DNA from: Podarcis cretensis
Taxonomy: Eukaryota
NCBI GenBank assembly: GCA_951804945.1
Contig: OX638158.1
Span: 48,174,001 to 48,238,000 of the forward strand
DNA length: 64,000 nt
Direction: 5' to 3'
The first letter of the stretch is position 1, and every line of letters begins with the position of its first letter. A model generated the notes under the pieces. That model worked only from the letters and a program-made list of their open reading frames with translations, had not been told where the DNA came from and ran no database searches. Positions 1 through 12,200 of this stretch are shown here, one piece after another. Position numbers and translations under genes: made by a program.

Positions 1-55
1 TGCGATCGGCAAGTCCTAGGCGCTGAGGTTTTACCCACAGCGCCACCCGCGTCCC
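1..55 (-). mobile_element. Sauria SINE, 5' tRNA-related end (cut by window edge)
   Basis: Reverse complement begins GGGACGCGGGTGGCGCTGTGGG (A-box region), matching the 5' ends of the copies at 19415, 35115 and 41294. Confidence 0.85.
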
Positions 56-1034
56 AATAGTAATATAATTCAGTTCAATTCCACCCCCCTATCTTTTTTT
101 TAAAAGTATTTTAAAGAATATGAATATGCTTTTACCTTGAAATACAGCAGTTCTACCTTAAGTCTTTACAAATTGTGGATCTTAGTGTCTGATATATATG
201 TATCTGTTTTAATTGCTTTGTCCAGTATTGATGATACCTAGGGTCTTCTGCTATTGACTGCAAATTTCTACAGGATTTCTCTCAGTTCCTTACTGAAAAG
301 GAGAGAATAAGAATCAGCAGACAATAAGAATCTTCCATACATGGTACAAAAGTATAACCAACCCTGCGCATAAATAGAGTAATGTCAGACATCTTTCTAT
401 TAAGACCCATGGCACAAAGAGAAAGGTCTCAGAGACGAGATCCTGATGCAATTTGGCTTTCTCCATGGCTGATTGCATGTGTTAGAGAAAGAGATAGATA
501 TCTGATCATGGGTCTCATTCATCTATTAATCATTTTATTTGTATGCCACCTTTCTATGGTTAAAACCATGCTCAAGGCAGCTTACAACATGAAAAAAATG
601 TGTAATTACAAACAACAAAAGTAGTCATAAACAATAAATAAAACTCATCAAAAAGTAAACAAATTGAACATTTTCCACATACATCTAAAAAGATATAAAA
701 ATAAAGATACTAAAAATATCAACCACAACTCCTCTCCCAACTTATTTCTTAAGAACTTAGAAAACCACCTTCCACCACCATCAGGCCACTGGTTCCTTTT
801 GCTCAGTGTTGTATACACTGGCAGCAGTTTTCCAGGGAGCCTTTGTATATCCACCCCTGGACATGTTTACCTCAAGAACCTAGGACCATCTGCACATGTA
901 AAGAATGCACTCTACTACTGAGCTATGCCCCTTCCTCAAATGTTCTTGCAAAAATTCTAAAGCTTGATAAAATAGTTAATGATCTCTGATATGGATAGGA
1001 GTTTGGAAGAAGGAATAGTTAAGCCTCTGTATTG

Positions 1035-1160
1035 CAGCGTTCCCCAACTTAGTGCCCTCCACATGTTCTGGAATATAACTCCTCCTTGAACATTAGCCAT
1101 GCTGGTTGAGGCTGATGATGTGCTCTCCAGGTGTTCTGGACGACTGGGTTGGAAAAAGAC
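1035..1160. mobile_element. Degenerate hAT-type palindromic MITE
   Basis: Resembles the intact 59921-60056 element (GCCCTCCAnATGTT...ACTCC...GATG...); ends are eroded. Confidence 0.45.
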
Positions 1161-1345
1161 AGCCATACAAGCAGAGGGGCTGGGCAGGCTTTTCAGTTTT
1201 GACTGGTCTGTAAAATAAAAACACAAATCCTGCACTTCAAATCTTAATACTTTTTGAGAGGATATATGGAATGCTTTCCTTGCCCAGCAAGTAATAAACC
1301 TTTACTTATACAACATCTGTAATCTGTGACTGTTTCTTCATGCAG

Positions 1346-1493
1346 GTACACATTAGCAGCTCAGGATTTGGTAATGCGAGCCAGAGGAGTGCTGAAAGAC
1401 AGAGGCTGGAGGATATCCAATGACAGACTGGGCTCAGGAGATGACATTTCTGTCTTCGTCATTCCTTTGATACATGGAAACAGAATCTTGTAA
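1346..1493 (+). CDS. PPM1H: PPM1H (PP2C-family Rab phosphatase), final coding exon
   Basis: Acceptor tttcttcatgcag, then (R)YTLAAQDLVMRARGVLKDRGWRISNDRLGSGDDISVFVIPLIHGNRIL*. Matches the recalled PPM1H C-terminus with the PP2C GSGDDIS metal-binding motif. Synteny with let-7i and MON2. Confidence 0.95.
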
Positions 1494-4400
1494 AACAAAC
1501 ACGAATGCTGGTAATAGGAAAGGTGTTTTTTTTTTTTTTACAGTAAGAACCTCTGGAAAAGGCAGGCTATCAAGAAAAGAGATCAAGTTTAACTTAAAAA
1601 TTATGTTCTAAGCTTGGTTAGACTGGGATATTTCTACATGAAACATAGAGGCTGAATTGCAATGATTTAAAGGCATCTCCTAGAAACTGCAGCTTCCCTG
1701 TGGGGTTTTGTTTTTTGTGTGCGTGCATATCAGGACCAGGACTTTAATGCTGCTAGTATATTAGTGATTTATTTTTAATGTCCCTCCTGGTGAGGACCCT
1801 AGTGTAACCTGATAGAATATTTTTCTTTCCCAGTTTAATGTAGCCAGAATTAACACGTGAGATGCAAATTGGGAAAGCTATTAAAATTGGTAATGTAGCC
1901 TATTTCCCCCATTATTAATTGACTGGCTAACTTTGCTTTTGAGCAAATTTAAGCTATAAGTTACTAAGGTGAACAAAACCTAACATGGCAGTTAATTATT
2001 TTTTTGTTCAAATCTTGTTTATGTTTCAGTGGATATTTTCAAAAAGATGAGTTTTATTTATGTCAATAAATCAAGCTTTTCCTCTTGTACACCATCACAA
2101 ACATTTTGGAACCTTACAGTTACCCTTTATATGTTTAGATGGTGAAGCCAACCTTTTCTCTCAACAAGGTCTAATCTACACCTCCTGTTAGCACACTTGC
2201 TTAAGAGAATAGGGAAGGCTGTTTGGCTGGAAAATGTGTTCCTTATTGTCAAGATTTTTGTATTTATAACTATGATGTAGCAGACTGGGAGAATTCTTGA
2301 TTTAGAAAGATTTCCCCAGAAATCACCATTTCTTTGGCACCACACGTTTTCATTCATTGAATGCTTCTGTCTCCTCTAATTTATATCCTGTTGAAAGGAT
2401 CGTTATATACGTACTGTTTAATTTATTGTACTTGGTAATTTGTCTTCTGATTTCTCTCTTATTAACTATGTAAGGCTGGTATGTTTCAGAAGTCTCCTCC
2501 AGAACAGTAGCTTTTCATCTTTTTTCCTGCTATACCCTTTCAGCATCAATTTCGTTTATTGATTCTCGGATATTGCAAGGGCCAGAACACATTGCTAGTA
2601 GACATTGTTAATCCGAAAGGTGGAGGGAGGAGCCATTGCAGAGTGATAAGACTCATCAGCTTGTTTGACATTCTGTACCTAGGCTTTCGAATATTAACAT
2701 AGCAACAGAATAGAAACTTAAGGATTTACATTTACCTGTACAACCACACATTTTATGTACTCTAGGATGAAAATGAGTCATCCCAATTATCATTCGTATT
2801 GTTACAGGTGACTCAAAATTTAGTTCTCAAGTATTATCTCCCTGGCCAAAAACAGTTTTAGGTAGCTGAGAGCAAATGAGTGGACAGTGATTGTGGGCAG
2901 TTGATGAGCCATCTCAGAAATGTTAGGGGTTTTTTTTGAAGAGAAACTACCAACATAGCAAGAGTATGGTACCACATGTTCCCATAAGTCTTTTCTGTGT
3001 TTATATTCCCCCCCCCCCCACAAAAACACTCGTAATAGAATTAGCCTGGACATAATTATTATTATTTTTTAAATAATATTTATTAAAAATTTTCCAGAAT
3101 AAAAAGGAAAGATAGCAAGAAAGAAAGAAAAAACAAATATGATTTACACTTGGTTTCAGTGGCATCTTTCCCGGACTTCCCCCCCTCCCCCTCTTGTATT
3201 CCATTTCCCTTAAATTGATTCCACAGATTCTTACCCCAAATTTTAAAACCTTATTTGTAATTTTAAATAACCCATTTATTCCAAATTAATTTATCTTATT
3301 TATCTTAATGAACCATTTCTCCTTATATTTTATATAATTCCCTAAGATCGACCCCATTTCCCTTCCACGAATTCCCCTATTTTCAAACAACAAACATGAA
3401 AAAAGAAAAGAAAGAAATAATATATAATTTTACAGCCTTTGGATTCCAAATCTCTCCCCCCCCCCCATTCCCCGGTTCCAATCCCCAAAGTTCATCCATT
3501 GTCTACTGCCAGCCTGGTGTATCCACGTCTAGATCTCAACTCCACTTTGCCGTCTTTTGATAGCTTTTAATTTCAGAAACTCCAGTATTGAAAAAACTCT
3601 CAGAAAAAGTCATTGTTCTTCCATCCAGACCTCTATGTTTAAGAGTCTAACTTAAATTCTATTTCTTGGTCCTTTTAAAGTCTGGATGTTCCAAATACTC
3701 CGGCTTCAAATTTGGTCCAGCTCTTATTCCTCAGGTTGCTTTTTCCTGTTCTGCTGCAGAAACCTTCTAATTCAGAAACTTCTTGTTCTCCACAGAGGCT
3801 TTTGTTATTCAGGAACATAACTTGCGTCAAGTCCCTTCCTTTCTTCAATAGATAAATCCATTGTCTCCTTTAGTATAGAAACCTCTGTAGACAAAATAAT
3901 GCTTCGTTTTTGCAGCTTTCCCAAGAGATAACAGATCCTGCTCAAATTCATAGTATTTTTCCACTTGCTGCTACTGTTGCAATAGCCTGGACATAATTAT
4001 TTGCTTAAACAATATATTGTACATATCTGTTGGAGTAGGCATTTTATTAATGCTACTATAGTCAACTCTGCATTCCACCCTTGCACCAGATGTTAAGTTG
4101 TTTCAATATGCTGCTGCAGCAGCAAATAAATTTCAATCTGCAACTGAATAGTTCAGAAAAGTGTTAATACTGACATGAAGTAAATCTTGCAATAATGTTT
4201 TTCTGATACTATAAAATCTAAAATTTCATGAAAAGTAGATTTTCATAATGCGGTGTGTTTTCACAAATCAGCAATACTTCTCAAATTTATTCTCAATAAA
4301 GTACCTCGTTTTTCCAATCATATATGTTCAGATTAGCAGGTCACATTTTGCCTAAAAAACTGATAGTGTAGCCCTTCCACACAGCCTCGTTTTTTCAGTT

Positions 4401-7100
4401 CAGGCAATATCATTTTTCTGGGTCATCAGGTCATCATTTGCTTTCAATCTCATGATGACAGACATTCTTTGGCAGCAAACATTTCATTTGTGGAATATTA
4501 CTATTAATGTAACAACTGTCTTCATTCTGTTTGTATACTTTTGCACAGAACTTGAGCACATTTCCCATTTCCAGTGCCATAAGTGAAAAGAACGTATTTA
4601 GTGGCAAACAATCCCATTGGACCAACCAAAATAAAAGGACTTTTGCCAGTGCAGGAAAACTTTAAACTGGATTTTCATTTTGACTCATAAGAATACACTA
4701 CATATGATAGTAACCTAGGTTGCAGCTCCAGAAAACATCTGTACATCAAACTGGTTCAGAATGACCAGTAGTTCTGAGTGCATCCAATTCTTCCTAGAAT
4801 AGAATAGTATCTAGACTGCTACATTTTATCATGTCATGAAAAAATATTTTTGAAACATTTAAATGAAACATTAATTTTCAGTGTTGCACTCTACAATACT
4901 TCATCCAGATTTGGTGATACAATTTCAAATCAGTAGTAACATCATTAAGAGTGATCCTGGAAATGTCCACTTTGTTTTTCAAAGAGGCAGCAGTGAAACG
5001 CTTAAAGTAGCAACAAAAACAAACTCTTGCTATTGTTCAGACGTACTTTTAGGAGTGAATCAATAACCCAAATTGTACCATCCCTTTCAATTCCCAGAGA
5101 GACCAAAGCTAAACTCTGGATTGTTAAATAAAATTTGTGTTTAATTCAAACTAAACAAACTCTTTTGAATTCATTTAGAAATTAAGCCAACTTAATCTGA
5201 ACTTTTACTTGCCTCCATCTCTATAAGATACTCAGTAATGGTTTTCACCAACTTAGAGCTGTATAGAACATTTAGATTGTTTTATTTAATCTTTCAAAAT
5301 AGCAATGCGCTATCTAGATGAATCTATTTTATGAGAGCCAGTAGACAGGATTCAGACAGAAGTGAGTGGCAACCCCTACCCCCCCTTAAAAGCCTCCTCC
5401 CACTACTGGAAACCCTCCAGACTGACATCCTATAAACTTTAAGGCTACTTTTGGAACTGTTGCTTTGCTTCTGTGGGTAAGCAAAAGTGTTTTCTGCTCA
5501 TGCATTCAGTGAGGGATGGATCTTGCCCCATGCGCTTTATTATTGGGTCGCAGCATAGAACATTTGCCAAGCCTAGCTGAGAGCTATGCAAACTGGACAG
5601 CTAAATTCCATTCACACTTCAATAACGGATTTCCAGGTGTGTAGTAATACCGTTTTTTGTTTTTAAAAAGAAATTGCAATATGGAATTTAGTATTGTCTA
5701 GAAATAATTCACTCTGCTGCTGCTGCATCAACAGTTTTATAACCCAAGATGAGGTTGAAAATCATGCTTAAAACTAAACCAGTTACATATATCTTAAAGG
5801 TGAAAGGTTACTGGAAATTAAGGCTATAGCTTGGGAAAGTGGTGGGTTGGAAAATCGTCACTGGGTCACCATCTATTTCAACAGTGTTGGTAACAGTGTT
5901 GGAAATTATTAGAATAACTTGCCTAAAGAAAATGGGGAAAACTCAGACTTTCATACCATCTATCTCACCTAGGCCAGAACTAGAAGAGCTTTGAGGCAAA
6001 TAAAAATTGAGATGAGAGGAAATTCACTTGTCTTATGGAGCTGCTACAGCCACATGATCAATGTTTGCTATCCAATTGTAAATATTCAATGATAACATTG
6101 TCCAAATTTGCAAATCAGCACTACAGAGATTGCCCGAGACACATTTTATTAGATCGCTTAGCTTATCTACTCTTTCCTTCTCCCCTGATTTTAAAACATT
6201 CTAGAACAACCTCCTGATTCTGTCTGCTCTTTCCAGTTCATACAGTTCAAGGGAAATTCCCCTTTTCAGTAAATATCTGACAGCTGTAACTCAGAATAAT
6301 TTTGGTAAATTCTGATTAGGAAGAAGTTAGACATTTTATTTTTATCAAATAATCAAAGAGTTGTTTTTCAGTACTTGCCCAATGTCCATAAAGAGAGTTG
6401 CATTGTCAGTTTTAAAACTAGCAGTCCGGGATACTTGTTCTATAAGAACGTTCTTCAAGGTACTTCGCTAAGTGACATGTTGAAATAAAATATTTTGTAG
6501 GTTGTTGCTTGAACTTTACAGGTACTTGTCTTTCATACAGCACAATCCTACTAAATTTATTTTAGTCCTTTGCCCTTTGCTTAATGCACTCTTGCAGTTT
6601 TGTTTCTTATGTTGTGAGTTATGTGAAAATTGCACACTTGTAATTTTTCTTTCCTGTCATATGAAGATGACATAGACAGTGGCCAAATACCTCTTCAATC
6701 ATTCTGCCAAATTCTACCTACGTTATACTTGAAGGAGGCTTCTCCCTGTCAACCTCCACTTTACTTTGATGTTCCATTGTATATCAGTTTAATTTTGCCA
6801 TTTTCTTCCTTTATTGGCACAGTGACTGTAAGCAAGGAATGTACTATATTCTGGGCTCAGCATTCCAAACAATGAAGAGAGTCTTCTGGATAAAAATTGT
6901 TTGGATCAATGTACTTAAGCGTGGTGACTGTGAAATGTCAAAACTTTTTTGTAACCCGAGAACAAAAATGTTTAGTAAAGGGATATATTTTATGTGTTTT
7001 GAAACTTTTAAGTGCAATGAAATAAGGAAGCTGGAAAATGTATGCACAACAAAGTTTTAAAATGATATTGTAAAAAATAAATAAATATAAAAACTTATTT
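1494..7100 (+). other. PPM1H: Putative long PPM1H 3'UTR
   Basis: AT-rich sequence after the stop; overlapping AATAAA hexamers at 7076-7085; Pumilio-type TGTAHATA at 4018 and 6077. Earlier AATAAA hexamers exist, so the end is inferred. Confidence 0.5.
3061..3982 (-). mobile_element. 5'-truncated non-LTR retroposon (L1-like 3' tail) in the PPM1H 3'UTR
   Basis: Perfect 19-bp TSD TAGCCTGGACATAATTATT (3042-3060 and 3983-4001). Minus-strand AATAAA (3079-3084) with an A-rich tail. G-rich GGGGAAGTC motif shared with the 3'UTR of the L1 near 27257. Confidence 0.8.
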
Positions 7101-8920
7101 TGGGTAGTATTGCTGTGAGCTTCTTTTCTGGGGCAAAAAGCTGGTGAATTCTGTCAGTGAAAATATGATATAGTCTACAATTCCCCATCCTTCAGCTTTC
7201 TTTTGAGCTGTCTCAGCCAAACTATAATTGCATAGGTACATACTACACCTTCTTTTTAAATTTTTCCATTTGTTAAGTTCTCTTGCAGTGCATGTTCAAG
7301 CACTCAGCTATCAATTCTGTTTGCTGAAGAACAAAATGGGAATAAGCAGAGAAGAAAATTGATGTAAGTAAAATCACCTAACTGAATTCCAGAGCAAATG
7401 CCCTGTTGGTTATTATAGATTTTTGTATGGTTTGGGTCAGTGGAGTGCTGCTTGTAAAATTCCAAAGAAGCACATAATAAGTGAACAGCTGTTGTTTCTA
7501 CATATGGACAAAATTACTTTTAAAAAGTTTGTACTCTGTTACTGTCAAGTAATATGTCAACTAGCACTTTATAGTTTTTATAGTATTTTAATTGCTTTTC
7601 AGTAATTCGACAGAAGTTAGAAGATAAATGCTTGCTTAATAATACAACTTGGAGAAAGCTGTAATGCATGTTTCTTAAGTTTGGCTGGTGACTGAAACTC
7701 CATAATGCACAGCTAGCTACGAATTCTGTTCTGCAAGTGTATTATAAATACTGGCAGATATCAGGGAGAGCTTTAAAGGGATTCTGTGTTTCTAAATAAT
7801 TGAAACGATACTAAAAATGGTTTAGACACATCAAACAATACCAAGAAGCTTAAAAACTTTAGTTTTGTATAATGCTGAGACAACAAAGGGAAGTGGGAAT
7901 ATTTTAGCTCCATGTGCAAGGCTTAAAGCTGATGAGGAAGGGGTGGCTTAGCTACAAGGGAGAGGGGTGAGAGAAAAAGATAACAGCAAAGGGTTAGTCA
8001 GTGCTCTCCTTTCCAGTGTGTATAGTAACAGGGGCTTCAGCTGGTCCCTCTTATAACTTTCACTCAGATAAACAGTGATTTGCCTGTGCAGTGAAGTGAG
8101 CAGATGGATTGTATAATAAAGGGAAAGCTCTGCTAAGCTTGGTTGATGGTCCAAGCTGGAGGGGTGGGGATGACTAACTATAGCCCATGGAAGAATCAAG
8201 GTGATATGTATAATGTATGATGGAGGTTCTCCGTATCAAGAGGCTTTGCTGGGGCCAGATAGAAATTTCCAAAGGTTAGATTTACCCTTGTTACCTATTC
8301 ATAAACATTCTGTTTCAGAAGAATCCACCACTGATTACAGAATCACATTGCAGGTTGTCTGAGTTTATTTTAAAAGCAGTTTCTTGAGCAAGGCAACCAT
8401 AGTTCTTTCTCTTTCTTTTAAAAATAATATTATAACCCACAGAGCCCTGTTTCCTATGAAGGCATTGGTTGAATATATAGGATAAATATTTCTCTTTCAT
8501 ATTGTTGTTTGTACTTGCAAATATCCATGTAAGTTGGCAAATATTTCATAATAGGCACTACTGTTTGTTTTGAGAATTAGTTCCTAATATGTGGCACAGT
8601 TCTTTGAATTCAACATATACATATATTTTGAGAGGGCATTGTTGATGCTGGCATATGTTTAGTATAGATTTATGAGGTACCCAGACTGAGAATGGACTAG
8701 AATGTTTCCCCATTGTTTTAATTTTACAGGATCAAAATTATTTAACATTGCTCTGGAAAACAAGCTGAAAATTAACATTTGCTGAAGAAGTAAATTCCTA
8801 AAGTGTATGCGACAATAAAAAATATGGTACACCCCACCCTGCAGTCTTCCCCCGGGGTGTTGTTCTCTTGACCTCTGCCCCCACCCAACTTAGAGGAGAG
8901 AAAGCCCAGTTGTTCTATCA

Positions 8921-9246
8921 TAAAGATAAAGGACCCCTGGACGGTTAAGTCCAGCCAAAGGTGACTATGGGATTGCAGTGCTCATCTTGCTTTCAGGCCA
9001 AGGGAGCCGGCGTTTTTCCACAGACAGCTTTCAGGTCATGTGGCCAGCATGATTAAACCGCTTCTGGCACAATGGAACACCGTGACGGAAACCAGAGCAC
9101 ATGGAAATGCTGTTTACCTTCCTGCCGCAGCGGTACCTATTTATCTACTTGCACTGGTACACTTTCGAACTGCTAAGTTGGCCGGAGCTGGGTCAGAGCA
9201 GTGGGAGCTCACGCTGTTGTGGGAATTCGAGCTGCCAACCTTCTGA
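8921..9246 (-). mobile_element. Sauria SINE (older copy lacking the extreme 5' end)
   Basis: Colinear with the other Sauria SINE copies (GGACCCCTG...GTTTACCTTCC...GGTACCTATTTATCTACTTGCAC...TTCGAACTGCTA). Confidence 0.85.
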
Positions 9247-12200
9247 GCAGCTATCTTAAGTTGTATGGGCTTCTGCTAGAAGGACTTGTTACTTGATTCC
9301 AGACCTAAGGCCTTAATGAGATAGACCTATGGGTTGTAGTTAACACTGCACAGCAGAATTCCATTTGTGCACCAGGGTTTCCCCTTCCTCTCTTCCCATG
9401 TGCCCCAAAATCTGCTCCAGAGGACCCTTCAACCCTCTGGTGCAGATGTTGAGGATGCATGGGGAAGCACATGGAGAAGGGGAAAGTCAATTCATGCAAG
9501 TGGAAAGTCTCTTGCTTGAGCAGAACAGCAGAGTTGTATACAACCCATTGCTTCTCAACTGTTTCAAATGGGAGCCATTTGTAAACTCAGCCTTCCAGGG
9601 ACCACCTGTAAACTAACTTCACTTTTCAAGTTCTACTTTCACCCTCCATAACAAAGTGTAAGAATATTATACTAGTAGTCGGCACCAAGCAAGTATACAC
9701 TTCATTTTAACCTCAATATAGGAACATATAGGCAGAATACATTTGAATAGAATTGAAGTATGACAAAGGGAGAAACAAGTGAGCCTATCTCATAAAAAGA
9801 CATCATGACCTTAATGGTTGGTTGTTGGCCTGGAGAAAGGCAGCTTGGGAAGGGGGGGGGCACTGCTACCCTTCCAGGAAATATTGGCATTGCAGTTTAT
9901 GGAACAGAGGTCTATTGTTCTCATTTTCTCTGCTCACTTCCTCAAAACATCCAAGTAAAAATGAAATTGTCCAACCTTTTTCAGTTATCAGATGGGGCCA
10001 TGGCAGCACATAACATGCTATCTCATCATATGTTGTGCTGGTTTAGATGCTATGAGGAAGAGACACATGGAATGGCAGCAGCTATTTGGCTCTAGCTACA
10101 TCCTAATATGGTTACTCTTCCAGACCTTTTCAATATATTTCTAATTTTACTGTGCGACCAGAAAATGAAGAGCCACAACTTTCCTTTCTAAAGCATAATA
10201 CTGCTTTTTATACTTGGTCCATGAATTTCTTAGTAACTATCACCATTTAAAAGACATTTTAAGGATGTTCCTTGTGCATTACCTTTTGTTGCTCACATGA
10301 AGTTTGAAATAGAAACCTGCGTGTGCATTTTCCTATTGCAAAATAGGCAGAAATTTTAAAGCGAGAAAAATGGCATGAGTGGCACCACCATTCTATTTCA
10401 AAATAATTTCTAATAATAATTAAGGGTAATTACATATTAGCAAAGCAATGACTTGTTTCAAAATCAGTGGCACAGTTGATTTTTTTTGGAGAGCTCAATT
10501 GCCCAGGCCTGCCTTATCCCTTTGTCCCCCACTATCTTGTTCAATAATCATTCTTCTTCATGCAAATGTAGATGGAGTGAACAGGGAAAGGTTAAAATGG
10601 AAGCAGGCTATCTTTCATCAACATTGTAATTTTACTGCTTGGCTTGGTGCCAAATACTCGCTGCAGTCACTAACTGCCATTCCAACGTGAGTGAAAGGAT
10701 CTTTAATAAGAGTGTAAATAAAAGCCAGGCTGAGAAATGAGTTTTCCATCCCAGCAATCACTGGCCTAACCTCTGCCGTAAATAGTCTTTCAGAGCAGCA
10801 CAGATGGAATACCTGCACCTGGGGATCAAGGCAATCTCTGAGCAGTGCAATTTAAGCAGCTGGGTACAATCGAAACATGAATTAGCTGGGATAGGCTGAA
10901 GAATTCCATTTTATATATATTATGTAGAAACAAATAGTTCACTATAAATTTCCCTTTCACAATGGAGTTGCTTTTTTAAAGCCATTTCTCTCTTGGAAGG
11001 GGCAGATGACTACAGCTGTTGAATTAATTAAGCCACGAGAATTTCTCATAAGATGGTATAACAATAGGTATTTAATTTATGATTATTGATTCAATAGTGT
11101 GAAAGTGATTTATCTGATCACAGCAGTGGTAGCAACGGCACCACAAGAACGATAGGTCATTCTAGGTTTATGTGTCTGAGTGGTTTTATTGATTCTGAAC
11201 TACTGAGTCAGATGTACTTGGCAACCGAACCCTCAATACTTTTTAAAAGCCCTTTATACCACCATTGGTAACAATTTATTGTACTGATCAAGTGTTGCTC
11301 TGTAGTGGAGTGACAGCAAACGTATGTCAGAACTAGTAACGTTTTGTTGTTGTTGCTCAGTAGATCAGTCTTTTAAAAAACAAAATCATGTGCTATTAAA
11401 GCCCCATGACATTTTACTGCTTGTTAAAAGGAGACAGCATTACGCAATCTGTACTAGGATCTATCTTATATTGGAATATAGCTAAAGATATAGCTGAAAC
11501 GTTTTGGCACATGACAAAATCTCAAGCTGCATGACTTGGTACCAATGTGAACAGTGGGCATTATGCTAAGTGATTTAATGAGTATTAAAGTGGCATGCCT
11601 ACATATAAGAGTGATAGCAATAAATAGGCATACAAAGATGACCGTATGGACCAGCACAACAACCACGTTCATTGTACCAGTTTAAAAATGGCAAGTTACA
11701 TTACATTTACATTTTTAATGTAAATGATATCTCTTTCAATTAAGTTGCTATTTAGTAGTGGTGCATCAGTGCACAATCACATTCTCTTCCTTAATCTTCT
11801 TAGATTTTAGTCTAGTCTAAATAATGGCTTACTTTTATTTGTATACAGGCTTTTAATTTTTATGCACATGCATAACATTTAAGACTATTGATACAGGAAC
11901 AAATGAATGACACTGCTTCCTTTCCTATGGCCTCTATGCATACACAGGAAGAATGAGTGTAACAGCATATGAAATCGTCACATTCCATTCTTTTATCTTC
12001 TATACAACTATGTCACGGCACAACTCATGGAATAACCTTCCATAAACATCAATGTGTTACAGACTATAGTTCATAAACTAATATTTGCCTCCTATCGAAT
12101 TGCAGCCAAAAGGCATTGCAATCTGCAATCTACTTGAATGAAGATGTGTTCTACAAAAGGCAAACAATGACTGCACCAATCTCTCTTAGAAGAGGAGTTG

